This document shows positions 26,463 through 35,542 of a stretch of DNA of 64,000 bases, piece by piece. The translations under genes were made by a program, and so were the position numbers. Positions within the stretch are counted from its first letter, which is position 1, and every line of letters starts with the position of its first letter. The DNA is from Thermoproteota archaeon (GTDB lineage Archaea > Korarchaeota > Korarchaeia > Korarchaeales > Korarchaeaceae), in assembly GCA_026986575.1 (NCBI GenBank), contig JALSOH010000004.1, forward strand, positions 672,001 to 736,000. The letters run 5' to 3'. The notes below the pieces were generated by a model. It saw only the letters and a list, made by a program, of their open reading frames with translations, had not been told where the DNA came from and searched no databases.

Positions 26463-28130
26463 ATGAGCGGAAAGGACTGGGGTATAGCGATAGTTCTACT
26501 TATTGTAGGCCTACTGATCGGCTATTTCGCAGTCGGACCGGGAAAGACGATCACCACCACTGTCACACAGACATCTGTCAAGACCGTGACGGTCACGCAA
26601 ACGGCTGGCGCCCCTCCGCCCAAGACCACGACGACCGAAACCACGCCGCCCAAGAAGTACGCTGACACCATAGTGATAGGAGTGACCGATAAGGTGTCCG
26701 ACCTAGATCCGGCCAACGCATACGACTTCTATACTTGGGAGGTGTTTAACAACATAGGGGAGGGCCCGTTCAAGTACAAGCCAGGAACTACGGAGCTGAT
26801 CAAGGGGATAATAGAGGACTACGAGGTCCAAGAGGGCGGTAAGGTCTACATACTGAAGCTCAGGAAGGATCTGAAGTTCGCTGACGGAACTCCCTGCACC
26901 GCCAAGGACCTGAAGTGGTCCATAGATAGGGTGGCCAGGATAGAGGGCGACCCCGCGTGGTTCGTCCTCGACTTCGTCAACAAGACCGAGGTCGTCGACG
27001 ACTACACCCTGAAGATAGTGCTGAACCAGCCCGTGGCCTTCTATCCAGCAGTACTGGCCGTCCCGACCTACTTCCCCATACCCCCGGACAAGTATCCTGC
27101 TGATGAGATATCCTCCGACAACACAGCTGGCAGCGTCGGTCCCTACAAGATAACCAAATGGGTCAGGGATCAGGTCCTCATACTGGAGGCCAACCCCTAC
27201 TACTACGGAGAGAAGCCTAAGACCCCCAAGGTAATAGTAAAGTTCTACAAGGACGCCACTACCCTCAGGCTGGCGCTGGAGAGCGGTGAGATAGACATAG
27301 CTTGGAGGACCCTGAACCCGACTGATATAAAGGACCTGATGAAGAAACCAGACATCCAAGTCATAGAGGGTAAGGGCTCCTTCATAAGGTACATAGTGTT
27401 TAACACGAAGATAAAGCCCTTCGACAACAAGAAGGTCAGGCAGGCCCTCGCCGCTGCCCTCGACAGGAAGGCCATAGCCGAGAGAGTCTTCTTGGGCACG
27501 GTGGATCCCCTCTACAGCCTCGTTCCCATGGGTATGTGGAGCCACATAGACGCCTTCAAGGATAAGTATGGAGAGGCCAACATAGAGCTGGCCAAGAAGC
27601 TGCTCAAGGAGGCTGGCTACTCCGAGTCCAACAAGCTCAAGGTTGAGCTGTGGTACACGCCGTCCCACTACGGCGATACCGAGGCCGATGTCGCCGCTCT
27701 GATAAAGGAGGCTTGGGAGAAGACCGGAATGGTCGAGGTGACCGTGAAGAGCGCCGAGTGGAGCACCTACTTGGAGCTCACTAGGAAGGGTCAGCTGCCT
27801 GTGACCCTCTACGGCTGGTATCCCGACTACATAGATCCCGACAACTATCTGTTCCCGTTCCTCCACACTGGATCCAACAGATGGCTCGGTGAGCCCTACA
27901 GCAACCCAGAGCTGGACAAGATACTGGAGAAGGCCCAAGTATCCCTAGACCATAAAGAGAGGGAGCAGCTGTACAAGCAGGCCCAGCAGATATTGGCTGA
28001 GGATGCTCCTATAGTGCCCATATTCCAGGGCAAGCTCTACGTTGCTGCGAAGAAGAACGTGCACGGTATAGTCCTAGATCCGATAATGCTGCTCAGGTAC
28101 TACCTGATATACAAGGAAGCTGGTAGCTGA
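26463..28130 (+). CDS. dppA: Peptide ABC substrate-binding protein (family 5) with N-terminal anchor and Thr-rich linker
   Basis: LDPANAYD, LKFADGTP, GPYKI..W, NPYYYG, GWYPDYIDPDNY. Confidence 0.9.
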   Translation: MSGKDWGIAIVLLIVGLLIGYFAVGPGKTITTTVTQTSVKTVTVTQTAGAPPPKTTTTETTPPKKYADTIVIGVTDKVSDLDPANAYDFYTWEVFNNIGEGPFKYKPGTTELIKGIIEDYEVQEGGKVYILKLRKDLKFADGTPCTAKDLKWSIDRVARIEGDPAWFVLDFVNKTEVVDDYTLKIVLNQPVAFYPAVLAVPTYFPIPPDKYPADEISSDNTAGSVGPYKITKWVRDQVLILEANPYYYGEKPKTPKVIVKFYKDATTLRLALESGEIDIAWRTLNPTDIKDLMKKPDIQVIEGKGSFIRYIVFNTKIKPFDNKKVRQALAAALDRKAIAERVFLGTVDPLYSLVPMGMWSHIDAFKDKYGEANIELAKKLLKEAGYSESNKLKVELWYTPSHYGDTEADVAALIKEAWEKTGMVEVTVKSAEWSTYLELTRKGQLPVTLYGWYPDYIDPDNYLFPFLHTGSNRWLGEPYSNPELDKILEKAQVSLDHKEREQLYKQAQQILAEDAPIVPIFQGKLYVAAKKNVHGIVLDPIMLLRYYLIYKEAGS

Positions 28131-28157
28131 AACCTCCCCTTCCCTTTTTATCTTTCC
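28131..28157 (+). terminator. Pyrimidine/oligo-T tract after dppA
   Basis: CCTCCCCTTCCCTTTTTATCTTT. Confidence 0.45.
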
Positions 28158-28175
28158 CGCTAGGGTGGATTCCAG

Positions 28176-29186
28176 ATGTCACTAAGGGCCTACGTGATAA
28201 CTAGGATTCTTATGACGATCCCCATGATCCTCATCTTGCTGACGTTGGTCTTCCTCGTCATGAGAGTCCTCCCGGGAAATCCTGTGATAGCCATAGTCGG
28301 GATGAAGGCCTCTCCCCAGTACATAAAGAAGCTGGAGCATCAGCTGGGTCTCGATAAGCCCCTTTGGCAGCAGTACCTAGACTACTTGGGGAACCTGCTG
28401 AGAGGGGACTTGGGAAGGTCTATGATATGGGGGAAGAGACCCGTCATCCAGGAGATAATGGATCACTTCCCCGCAACTCTTGAGCTGACCATAGGCGGAT
28501 TCTTGGTCAGTGTCCTACTGGGCTTAGCTACGGGAATGCTTGCGGGGATAAGATCAGGTGGAAAGGTAGACGCCTCCATGAGGATCTACAGCATCGTCGT
28601 GTATTCCCTCTTCATCCCCCTGCTGGGAATGATGCTGCAACTCGTGTTCGGAGTCTGGTTCCACATGCTACCGGTAGGTGGGAGAATAGATCCGGGCTTG
28701 GAACCTCCGACGATAACGGGCCTGTACGTTTTGGATTCAATCATAAGCCTGAAGATGGACAGTTTGATCAACTCGCTGGCTCACCTAGCGCTGCCGTCGT
28801 TCACCTTGGGACTGGTCCTCTCCGGCATATACACCAGATTGGTGAGATCCAGCCTGATGGAGGTGCTGGGTCAGGATTTCATAAGGGCTTGCAAGGCTAG
28901 AGGCCTGCCAGGGAGGGCCATCCTGTTCAAACACGCACTGAAGAACGCGCTCATCCCGATACTCACCATGATGGGCCTTCAATTTGCTCTCCTGCTGGCT
29001 GGCGCCGTCCTCACCGAGACCACGTTTTCGTGGCCGGGAATGGGCACCTTCCTAGTCGAGAGGATAACGTACAGGGACTTCACAACCATACAGGGATCGA
29101 TCGTGTTCTACGCCCTCTTCGTGGCCTTGGTCAGTTTGGTCGTAGATCTGGTGTACGCGTACGTCGATCCTAGGATAAGGTACTGA
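28176..29186 (+). CDS. dppB: Peptide ABC permease
   Basis: GLDKPLWQQY, FPATLEL, ACKARGL, HALKNA, TETTFSWPGMG, DPRIRY. Confidence 0.92.
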   Translation: MSLRAYVITRILMTIPMILILLTLVFLVMRVLPGNPVIAIVGMKASPQYIKKLEHQLGLDKPLWQQYLDYLGNLLRGDLGRSMIWGKRPVIQEIMDHFPATLELTIGGFLVSVLLGLATGMLAGIRSGGKVDASMRIYSIVVYSLFIPLLGMMLQLVFGVWFHMLPVGGRIDPGLEPPTITGLYVLDSIISLKMDSLINSLAHLALPSFTLGLVLSGIYTRLVRSSLMEVLGQDFIRACKARGLPGRAILFKHALKNALIPILTMMGLQFALLLAGAVLTETTFSWPGMGTFLVERITYRDFTTIQGSIVFYALFVALVSLVVDLVYAYVDPRIRY

Positions 29187-29192
29187 GGTGAT

Positions 29193-30053
29193 TTGATGAG
29201 GACGTTCAACTTCTCTCGCTTCCTCAGCTCTGTGAGGGATGCTGGGCTGGACGGTTACATGATGTTAGTAGGCCTAGTTATAGTGCTGGCCGTTTTAGTG
29301 ATGGCCGTGTTCGCCGAGTTCATAGCGCCCTACGATCCCGTCAAGACCGTTGGCATGCCCGTGACCCCTCCGTCCCCCGAGTTCCCTTGGGGCACCGATA
29401 CCATAGGAAGGGACGTATTTAGCCGCGTCGTCTACGGTTCTAGGACTATAATGATAGTGATACTGATGTCCACCGCCCTGTCCATGGTAGTGGGCATACC
29501 TCTAGGCCTCATCTCCGGTTACGTCGGAGGCCCACTTGATAGGGTACTTTCCCTAGTGATGGACAGCATATACGCCTTCCCTGGACTCATACTCGCCATT
29601 GCGGTGGCTGCAATGCTTGGACCCGGTATATACAATACGTCCATATCACTAGCTGTGGTGTACATCCCCACCTATTTCAGGATGGTGAGGGGGCAGGTCC
29701 TCTCTCTGAGGGAGCAGCTCTTCGTGGAGGCAGCTAGGGCCTTGGGTGCGACCGACTGGAGGATACTCCGCAAATACATATTCCCCAACGTGTTCTTCAT
29801 CATAGCGGTGGTGTTCTCCCTGAACGTGGCTGATGCTATCCTCACCGAGGCGGGTTTGAGCTTTCTAGGACTTAGCGTCCCGGCCCCAACGCCCGACTGG
29901 GGATTTGACCTGAAGAACGGCCAGAGATACTTTCTATCAGGCAAGTGGTGGCCTGTCGTGTTCCCGGGGACCATGATAATACTGCTTGCCCTAGGCTTCG
30001 GTCTCCTCGGTGAAGGACTCAATAGAATGCTTGGGCAGAAGGAGGTGAGATGA
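29193..30053 (+). CDS. dppC: Peptide ABC permease
   Basis: GTDTIGRDVFSR, EAARALGA, EAGLSFLGL, PDWG. Confidence 0.92.
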   Translation: MMRTFNFSRFLSSVRDAGLDGYMMLVGLVIVLAVLVMAVFAEFIAPYDPVKTVGMPVTPPSPEFPWGTDTIGRDVFSRVVYGSRTIMIVILMSTALSMVVGIPLGLISGYVGGPLDRVLSLVMDSIYAFPGLILAIAVAAMLGPGIYNTSISLAVVYIPTYFRMVRGQVLSLREQLFVEAARALGATDWRILRKYIFPNVFFIIAVVFSLNVADAILTEAGLSFLGLSVPAPTPDWGFDLKNGQRYFLSGKWWPVVFPGTMIILLALGFGLLGEGLNRMLGQKEVR

Positions 30054-30054
30054 A

Positions 30055-31005
30055 GTGCTCTTGGAGATAAAGGACCTCCATGTCTACTACTTCACCAAGA
30101 GGGGCGTGGTCCGAGCGGTCGAGGGGGTCTCCTTCGAGCTTGACAGAGCAGAGATACTGGGGATAGTGGGCGAGTCGGGAAGCGGTAAGAGCACGCTCGG
30201 GCTGGCGATAATGAACTTGGTCCCCTCTCTAGGGAAGATAGTTAGAGGGAGCATCAGGCTGGATGGGAAGGACCTGACCAAGATGAGCGAGAAGGAGCTA
30301 AGGGATATCAGGGGCAAGGAGATAGCTATGGTCTTTCAGGACCCAATGACCTCCTTAGACCCCCTCATGAGGATAGGCGATCAAATAGTGGAGACTATCT
30401 TGGCCCACGAGGATGTGAGCAAGGAGGAAGCCAAGAGGAGAGCCCTCGAACTACTGGAAGAGGTGGGAATCTCCAAGGACAGGTTCAACGACTATCCCCA
30501 TCAGCTCAGTGGAGGGATGAGGCAGAGGGTGATGATAGCGATGGCCATCTCCCTGAACCCTAAGCTGATAATAGCTGATGAGCCCACTACAGCCCTCGAT
30601 GTCATAGTGCAGGACCAGATAATGGAGCTATTCTCCAAATTGAGGGACGAGTTCGGTGTGGCGATAATCCTGATATCTCACGATCTCGCTCTAGAGTTGG
30701 AGGTATCGGATAAGATAGGAGTGATGTACGCCGGGTGGCTCATGGAGCTCTCTAAGTCAGAGGAACTAGCTAAAAAACCCCTAAACCCGTACGCTAGGGA
30801 GTTGCTAAAGGCAATACCGAACGTGGAACTAGAGAAGCAGGAGCTGTTGTCCATTCCTGGGTCCCCACCTGATCTCCACGATCCTCCAACTGGGTGCCGG
30901 TTCCACCCCAGGTGTCCTGATGCGATGCCGATCTGCTCCAAGGAGGAACCTCCCACCAAATCGATTGACGGGAGGCTAGTGAAGTGCTGGCTGTACGGAG
31001 GGTGA
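30055..31005 (+). CDS. dppD: Peptide ABC ATPase
   Basis: GESGSGKS, LSGGMRQR, DEPTTALD, C-terminal GCRFHPRC. Confidence 0.93.
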   Translation: MLLEIKDLHVYYFTKRGVVRAVEGVSFELDRAEILGIVGESGSGKSTLGLAIMNLVPSLGKIVRGSIRLDGKDLTKMSEKELRDIRGKEIAMVFQDPMTSLDPLMRIGDQIVETILAHEDVSKEEAKRRALELLEEVGISKDRFNDYPHQLSGGMRQRVMIAMAISLNPKLIIADEPTTALDVIVQDQIMELFSKLRDEFGVAIILISHDLALELEVSDKIGVMYAGWLMELSKSEELAKKPLNPYARELLKAIPNVELEKQELLSIPGSPPDLHDPPTGCRFHPRCPDAMPICSKEEPPTKSIDGRLVKCWLYGG

Positions 31006-31009
31006 TCAC

Positions 31010-31987
31010 ATGCTACTGAAGGTGGAGAATCTGAAGAAGTACTTCCCAGTCGCTAAGACCTTCATAGAGCGGCTCCTCACGAGGGAAGAGACGTACGTCA
31101 GGGCGGTAGACGGGATAAGCTTCCATATAGAGGAAGGGGAGGTCTTCTCGCTCGTCGGGGAGTCGGGAAGCGGTAAAACAACCACCGGCAAACTGGTGCT
31201 CAGGCTGATAGAGCCCACCTCTGGGAGGGTCATCTTCCAGGGGAGGGACATAACCTCCTTGAGCAGGAAGGAGCTCCGGCTGATGAGGAGAAACATGCAG
31301 ATAATCTACCAGGACCCGTATGCATCCCTCAATCCGAGGATGAGGGTGGGAGAGGCAATAATGGATCCCCTCCTCATCCACAAGATAGCTGAGGGAAGAG
31401 AGGCCAAGGAGATGGTACTGGAGATGCTCGAGAAAGTAGGGCTCACGCCTCCGGAGACGTTCTTCAACTCGTATCCGGCATACCTCAGTGGGGGGCAGAG
31501 GCAGCGTGTCGCCATAGCTAGGGCCATGATCACGCGACCTAAACTGGTGGTAGCTGACGAGCCAGTCAGCATGATCGATGTCTCGCTGAGGGCCTCAATC
31601 CTAGATCTTATGATGGATCTTAGGAGGGAGTTCGGCGTCGCCTACCTCTTCATAACCCATGACTTGGCCGTAGCCAAGTACATCTCTGACAGGATAGCCA
31701 TAATGTATCTTGGCAAGATAGTCGAACTCGGGAGGACGAAGGACCTATTCAAGAACCCCCTGCACCCCTACACCAAGGCCCTGCTTAGCGCCATACCCGT
31801 TCCTACCCCTGGCAAGAGGAAGGAGAGGCTTAGACTGAAGGGTGAGATCCCTTCAGCTATAGACATCCCCTTTGGGTGCAGATTCCATCCGAGATGTCCC
31901 ATGAGCTTCGAACCGTGCAATAAAGAGGAGCCCGAGCTCGTGGAGGTGGAGCCAGGTCATTTCGTGGCCTGCCACCTGCACAGGTAG
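31010..31987 (+). CDS. dppF: Peptide ABC ATPase
   Basis: [36 protein letters not shown]. Confidence 0.93.
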   Translation: MLLKVENLKKYFPVAKTFIERLLTREETYVRAVDGISFHIEEGEVFSLVGESGSGKTTTGKLVLRLIEPTSGRVIFQGRDITSLSRKELRLMRRNMQIIYQDPYASLNPRMRVGEAIMDPLLIHKIAEGREAKEMVLEMLEKVGLTPPETFFNSYPAYLSGGQRQRVAIARAMITRPKLVVADEPVSMIDVSLRASILDLMMDLRREFGVAYLFITHDLAVAKYISDRIAIMYLGKIVELGRTKDLFKNPLHPYTKALLSAIPVPTPGKRKERLRLKGEIPSAIDIPFGCRFHPRCPMSFEPCNKEEPELVEVEPGHFVACHLHR

Positions 31988-32323
31988 AAAATTTATACAC
32001 TCTTTTTTGAAGTAACTAACTGAGAGTAAAGCCATTTTGGGATAGCGGAGGCTTTCTAGGATGGCTATCGATCCCCAGAATGAATCTCCCCCTAGAGTGA
32101 AATCCTTGGTGACCTGTGCTGTAGCTGCATGTGAACTCCTAACCTCTCATCCCCCACTAACGGTTTTGTGTGGTTCCCTCTTATTTGTAGGATCTCAGAT
32201 ATTAATTCCTCATGGTTCACCTCCGCAGTCAACAGGATCCATACTAGACGTTCTTAGCAGCCACTTATATAACCTCCGGAAAGGTTTAGGAGCCCCAAAA
32301 TTGATGAGAAACAAGGGGTTTGG

Positions 32324-32630
32324 GTGGGAAAAACGGTAAGATCACTCGATGAGATTAAGACCATCCTCAAAAAGCATGAGAACGAACTGAGGGAGAAGTA
32401 TGGCGTGAAAAGAATTGGCATCTTTGGATCCGTCGTCAGAGGAGAAGCTGGAGAGGAAAGCGATGTCGATATACTCGTCGAGCTCGAGAGGCCTATAGGG
32501 CTCCTCGAGTTTCTCGAGTTAGAGGAGTACATAAGCAACTTGATAGGTATGAAGGTTGATCTTGTATCTAAAAAGGCGCTTAAACCCCCACATTGGGAAA
32601 CACATCTTGGAAGAGGTCGTTATGGTGTGA
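32324..32630 (+). pseudogene. MntA-like nucleotidyltransferase antitoxin, frameshifted near its 3' end
   Basis: IFGSVVRGE...SDVDILVE; removing one C from the C5 run at 32585-32589 restores KPHIGKHILEEVVMV* ending at 32630. Confidence 0.75.
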
Positions 32631-32970
32631 AGAGGTCTTATAAGGACTACATCCTCGACATCCTCACATCCATCGATGAAATCGAAGAATTTACCGAGGG
32701 CATGGATTTCGAAGAGTTTATCGGAGAGGCAGGAAGACTATAAAACGCTGTTATCAGGAGCTTAGAAGTCATGGGAGAGGCTGCCAAGAAAATTCCACGC
32801 GAGATCAGGAAGAAATACCCAAATATTCCTTTGAAATACCTTGCAGGTATGAGGGATAAACTGATTCACGAGTACCATGGAGTAGACTTAGGGATCGTTT
32901 GGGAGGTCGTCAAGACCGATTCCCCATGAGGCCGGGGTTTGAGAGAGTTTTGAGAGAACTTGAGGAGTAA
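32627..32970 (+). pseudogene. HepT/DUF86 HEPN toxin pseudogene
   Basis: KRSYKDYILDIL..IEEF, then frameshifts; another frame gives NAVIRSLEVMGEAAKKIP...GMRDKLIHEYHGVD...VWEVV (RX4HXY motif). Confidence 0.8.
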
Positions 32971-33098
32971 CTTCGCTGCTCTCGTAATCTATTCCCTTCT
33001 CCTTCCCTCGCGCGGGACATCCCCTTGCGGGAATGAGGAGCCGGCCTTCAAGCTGGAGGAAAGTACCGCTGGGAACTCAAAAGATGGAAAGGTTGGGC

Positions 33099-33986
33099 TT
33101 AGTGTTCGCCCTCCCTTCTACCCTCCTTGGAGAGCCAGTCCTTCACGATCTCCATTAGCTCCATGGGTATCAGGAACTTGGTGGCCTCGGATGAACCTAT
33201 CACCTTGAGCCCGTCCAAGTACTGAAGCTTCATGGTCTTCTCATCCAATGCCTTCGCGACCTCGTCTATGGTCTTGAGGGCCAAGGCATAGCCCTCAGCC
33301 TTTAGTATCTGGGACTGCCTCTCACCTTCAGCCTTCAAGATTGCAGCCTGCTTTTCACCCTCAGCCACCTTTATCGCTGCCTCCTTCTTACCCTCCGCCT
33401 CCGTTACCATGGCTCTTCGAGTACGTTCAGCGGCCATCTGCTTTATCATGGCCTCCTGTACTGTCTTAGGAGGTAAGATCTCCCTGATCTCTACGTTGGT
33501 TATCTTGACGCCCCAGCGCTCGGTAACCTCGTCGAGCTTGACCCTCAGTATGTTGTTTATCTCGTCCCTCTTGGCCAAGACCTCATCCAACACCATCTCA
33601 CCTATGACCGCTCTCAAAGTAGTAGTGGCTATGCCTATCGCCGCTCCCTTGAAGTCCGACACATTGAGAACGCTCGCCATGGGATCGACCACTTTGTAGT
33701 AGACAATGAAGTCTATGTCGGTAGGAGCGTTGTCCTTAGTTATGCAAGTCTGGTGCGGCACATCGAAGTAACTCTCCCTCAGGTCTATCCATATTATCTG
33801 GTCCAAAATGGGTATCCTGAACACGATTCCGGGTCCCTTCACGCCTAGGAACCTGCCCAACCTCAGGATAACGAGTCTCTTGAACTCGGGCACTATCTTT
33901 ATGGCCGAAGCCAAGAACAGGATCAGGATGAAGACAACAACGGCTATAAGGAACTCGGATAGACCCAAAACCACCGCTTGGATCAT
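33099..33986 (-). CDS. SPFH/stomatin (band 7) protein
   Basis: RLGRF..KGPG, ITKDN, TTLRAVIG, WGVKI, QMAAER.RRA. Confidence 0.92.
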   Translation of the reverse strand: MIQAVVLGLSEFLIAVVVFILILFLASAIKIVPEFKRLVILRLGRFLGVKGPGIVFRIPILDQIIWIDLRESYFDVPHQTCITKDNAPTDIDFIVYYKVVDPMASVLNVSDFKGAAIGIATTTLRAVIGEMVLDEVLAKRDEINNILRVKLDEVTERWGVKITNVEIREILPPKTVQEAMIKQMAAERTRRAMVTEAEGKKEAAIKVAEGEKQAAILKAEGERQSQILKAEGYALALKTIDEVAKALDEKTMKLQYLDGLKVIGSSEATKFLIPMELMEIVKDWLSKEGRREGEH

Positions 33987-35194
33987 TCCCTCACCACCTT
34001 GACCTTGAAACCCTCCATCCCGACTATCCTCACCCTCTCCCCCTCCTCTATGCTCTCGTCGGAGATCGCAGTCCAGAGCTCGGAGCCCACGAGGACCACT
34101 CCCTCCTTACCCGGCCTTATAGCGACCTTAACTACACCCGTCCTTCCTATTACGTTCTCGGGGCTCAGGGGGCTCGTCCTCTTGGCCAATATCTCCCTTA
34201 TCTTGTAGAGATAAAATCCGATGAGACCGGAAAGAACAACGAGGGTCACGATCACCGCTTCAACGCTCAGGGTCGGCGCTATCAGCGGCCCAGATTCGTA
34301 AACCAGTAGCAGGCCGATGGCAGAGATGACAGCGCCAGTTAGTGCTAGAAAACCATGACCGGTCTTCAACTCGAGGAATATGGTCGCTGCTCCCATCACC
34401 ATGAGTATTATAGCTGCTAGACTCGCCCCGATGAGGCCGAATGCGTAGAGGCCAAGAACGATCATTATGGTCCCGCTGGCCTCCATCACGAAGGTCGGAT
34501 GTGTCAGTCCAAGCAGCACGAGTATTATGCCCAGAATGAATATGACCCAAGCGTTCAGCGGGTCCGTTATGACGAGGAGAAGGGATACTCTCGCATCTGG
34601 GTAATATTCCTCCGTATCTCCGGACCAGTCCATCCTCTCCAGCGCCTCCAAAGAGTTCTTCGCTGTGCAATCCGCTATCCCATACTTCAAGGCCTCTTCA
34701 GCGGTCAGAGCCAGATTCTTCCTGACGAACAGCTCTGCAACCGTTGAGTTCTTACCTGAGACCTCAGCCAAGCTCTTCATCCAGCTGGAGAGGGCGTTCA
34801 CCACCTTCTCATCCTTAGGTCTGGGTTCAGCCGCCCCTATGGAAGATCCAGGTCCCATGCATATCTTATCCGCGGACAGTGCAATGAAGGCGCCGGCCGA
34901 GAATGCCCTCCCACCGGATGGAATGTAGACAGCTACCCTCACCGGAGAAGAGCTGATGGCGCCGACTATTCGTTCGGTCGACTGGAGGAACCCTCCATCG
35001 GTGTTTAGGACTATGAGCACGTCCATGTTCTTGCTCTCAGCAAACTTCATCCCAGATGCAATGTACTCCGCCATACCCTCCGTGATCGTGCCTTCCACCC
35101 TCAGTAGGAGGGTTCCACCGCCGCTGGAGACCTGCATGAGAGGGGGAAGTGTGACTGAAAGCACCAATAACACGGCGAGTATTGACCTCCTCAT
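33983..35194 (-). CDS. nfeD: NfeD (ClpP-like protease + TM + OB domain)
   Basis: LNTDGG, AFSAGAFI, IGAAEP, TM bundle, C-terminal G.V.VGSELWTA; coupled to stomatin. Confidence 0.9.
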   Translation of the reverse strand: MRRSILAVLLVLSVTLPPLMQVSSGGGTLLLRVEGTITEGMAEYIASGMKFAESKNMDVLIVLNTDGGFLQSTERIVGAISSSPVRVAVYIPSGGRAFSAGAFIALSADKICMGPGSSIGAAEPRPKDEKVVNALSSWMKSLAEVSGKNSTVAELFVRKNLALTAEEALKYGIADCTAKNSLEALERMDWSGDTEEYYPDARVSLLLVITDPLNAWVIFILGIILVLLGLTHPTFVMEASGTIMIVLGLYAFGLIGASLAAIILMVMGAATIFLELKTGHGFLALTGAVISAIGLLLVYESGPLIAPTLSVEAVIVTLVVLSGLIGFYLYKIREILAKRTSPLSPENVIGRTGVVKVAIRPGKEGVVLVGSELWTAISDESIEEGERVRIVGMEGFKVKVVRE

Positions 35195-35487
35195 GGCTCC
35201 ACTTAAACAGTAAGTATGGAAATTTAACCGTTGTTTTCTCTGAGGGCTCCCTCTACCTCGATCCTCCCATGAGGGATCGGAAGAGTGAATGACACTTGGA
35301 CACCTATCTGTGCTAGTTCTATGTTATTACGTCAACCACCCGCATTAGTGATGGAGGATCGACGAAAGATAGATGGAGAAAGGATCTCTCTGAAGCGTGC
35401 GACCCCTCTCTCGAATCGGAAAAATCTTTTTGCTGGAAATGGGAAAAATACATGATCTATCCAAGCCTGTGCTCTCCTATCTGAGGT

Positions 35488-35508
35488 CAAGATTTATATT
35501 TGTCAGAT
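35488..35508 (+). promoter_or_regulatory. Promoter of second dpp operon
   Basis: CAAGATTTATATTTGTCAGAT, matches 26408-26427. Confidence 0.55.
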
Positions 35509-35542
35509 TTCAGGGCTTATCTAACCACACTGGGTGTTCTAG

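Noticed and set aside
26703-27938. 411-aa antisense ORF (also 35834-36523, 36533-37159, 49063-49665)
   Set aside because: Shadow frames of strongly codon-biased genes on the opposite strand; no recognisable motifs
33099-35194. nfeD-stomatin pair as a novel system
   Set aside because: Well-described conserved operon
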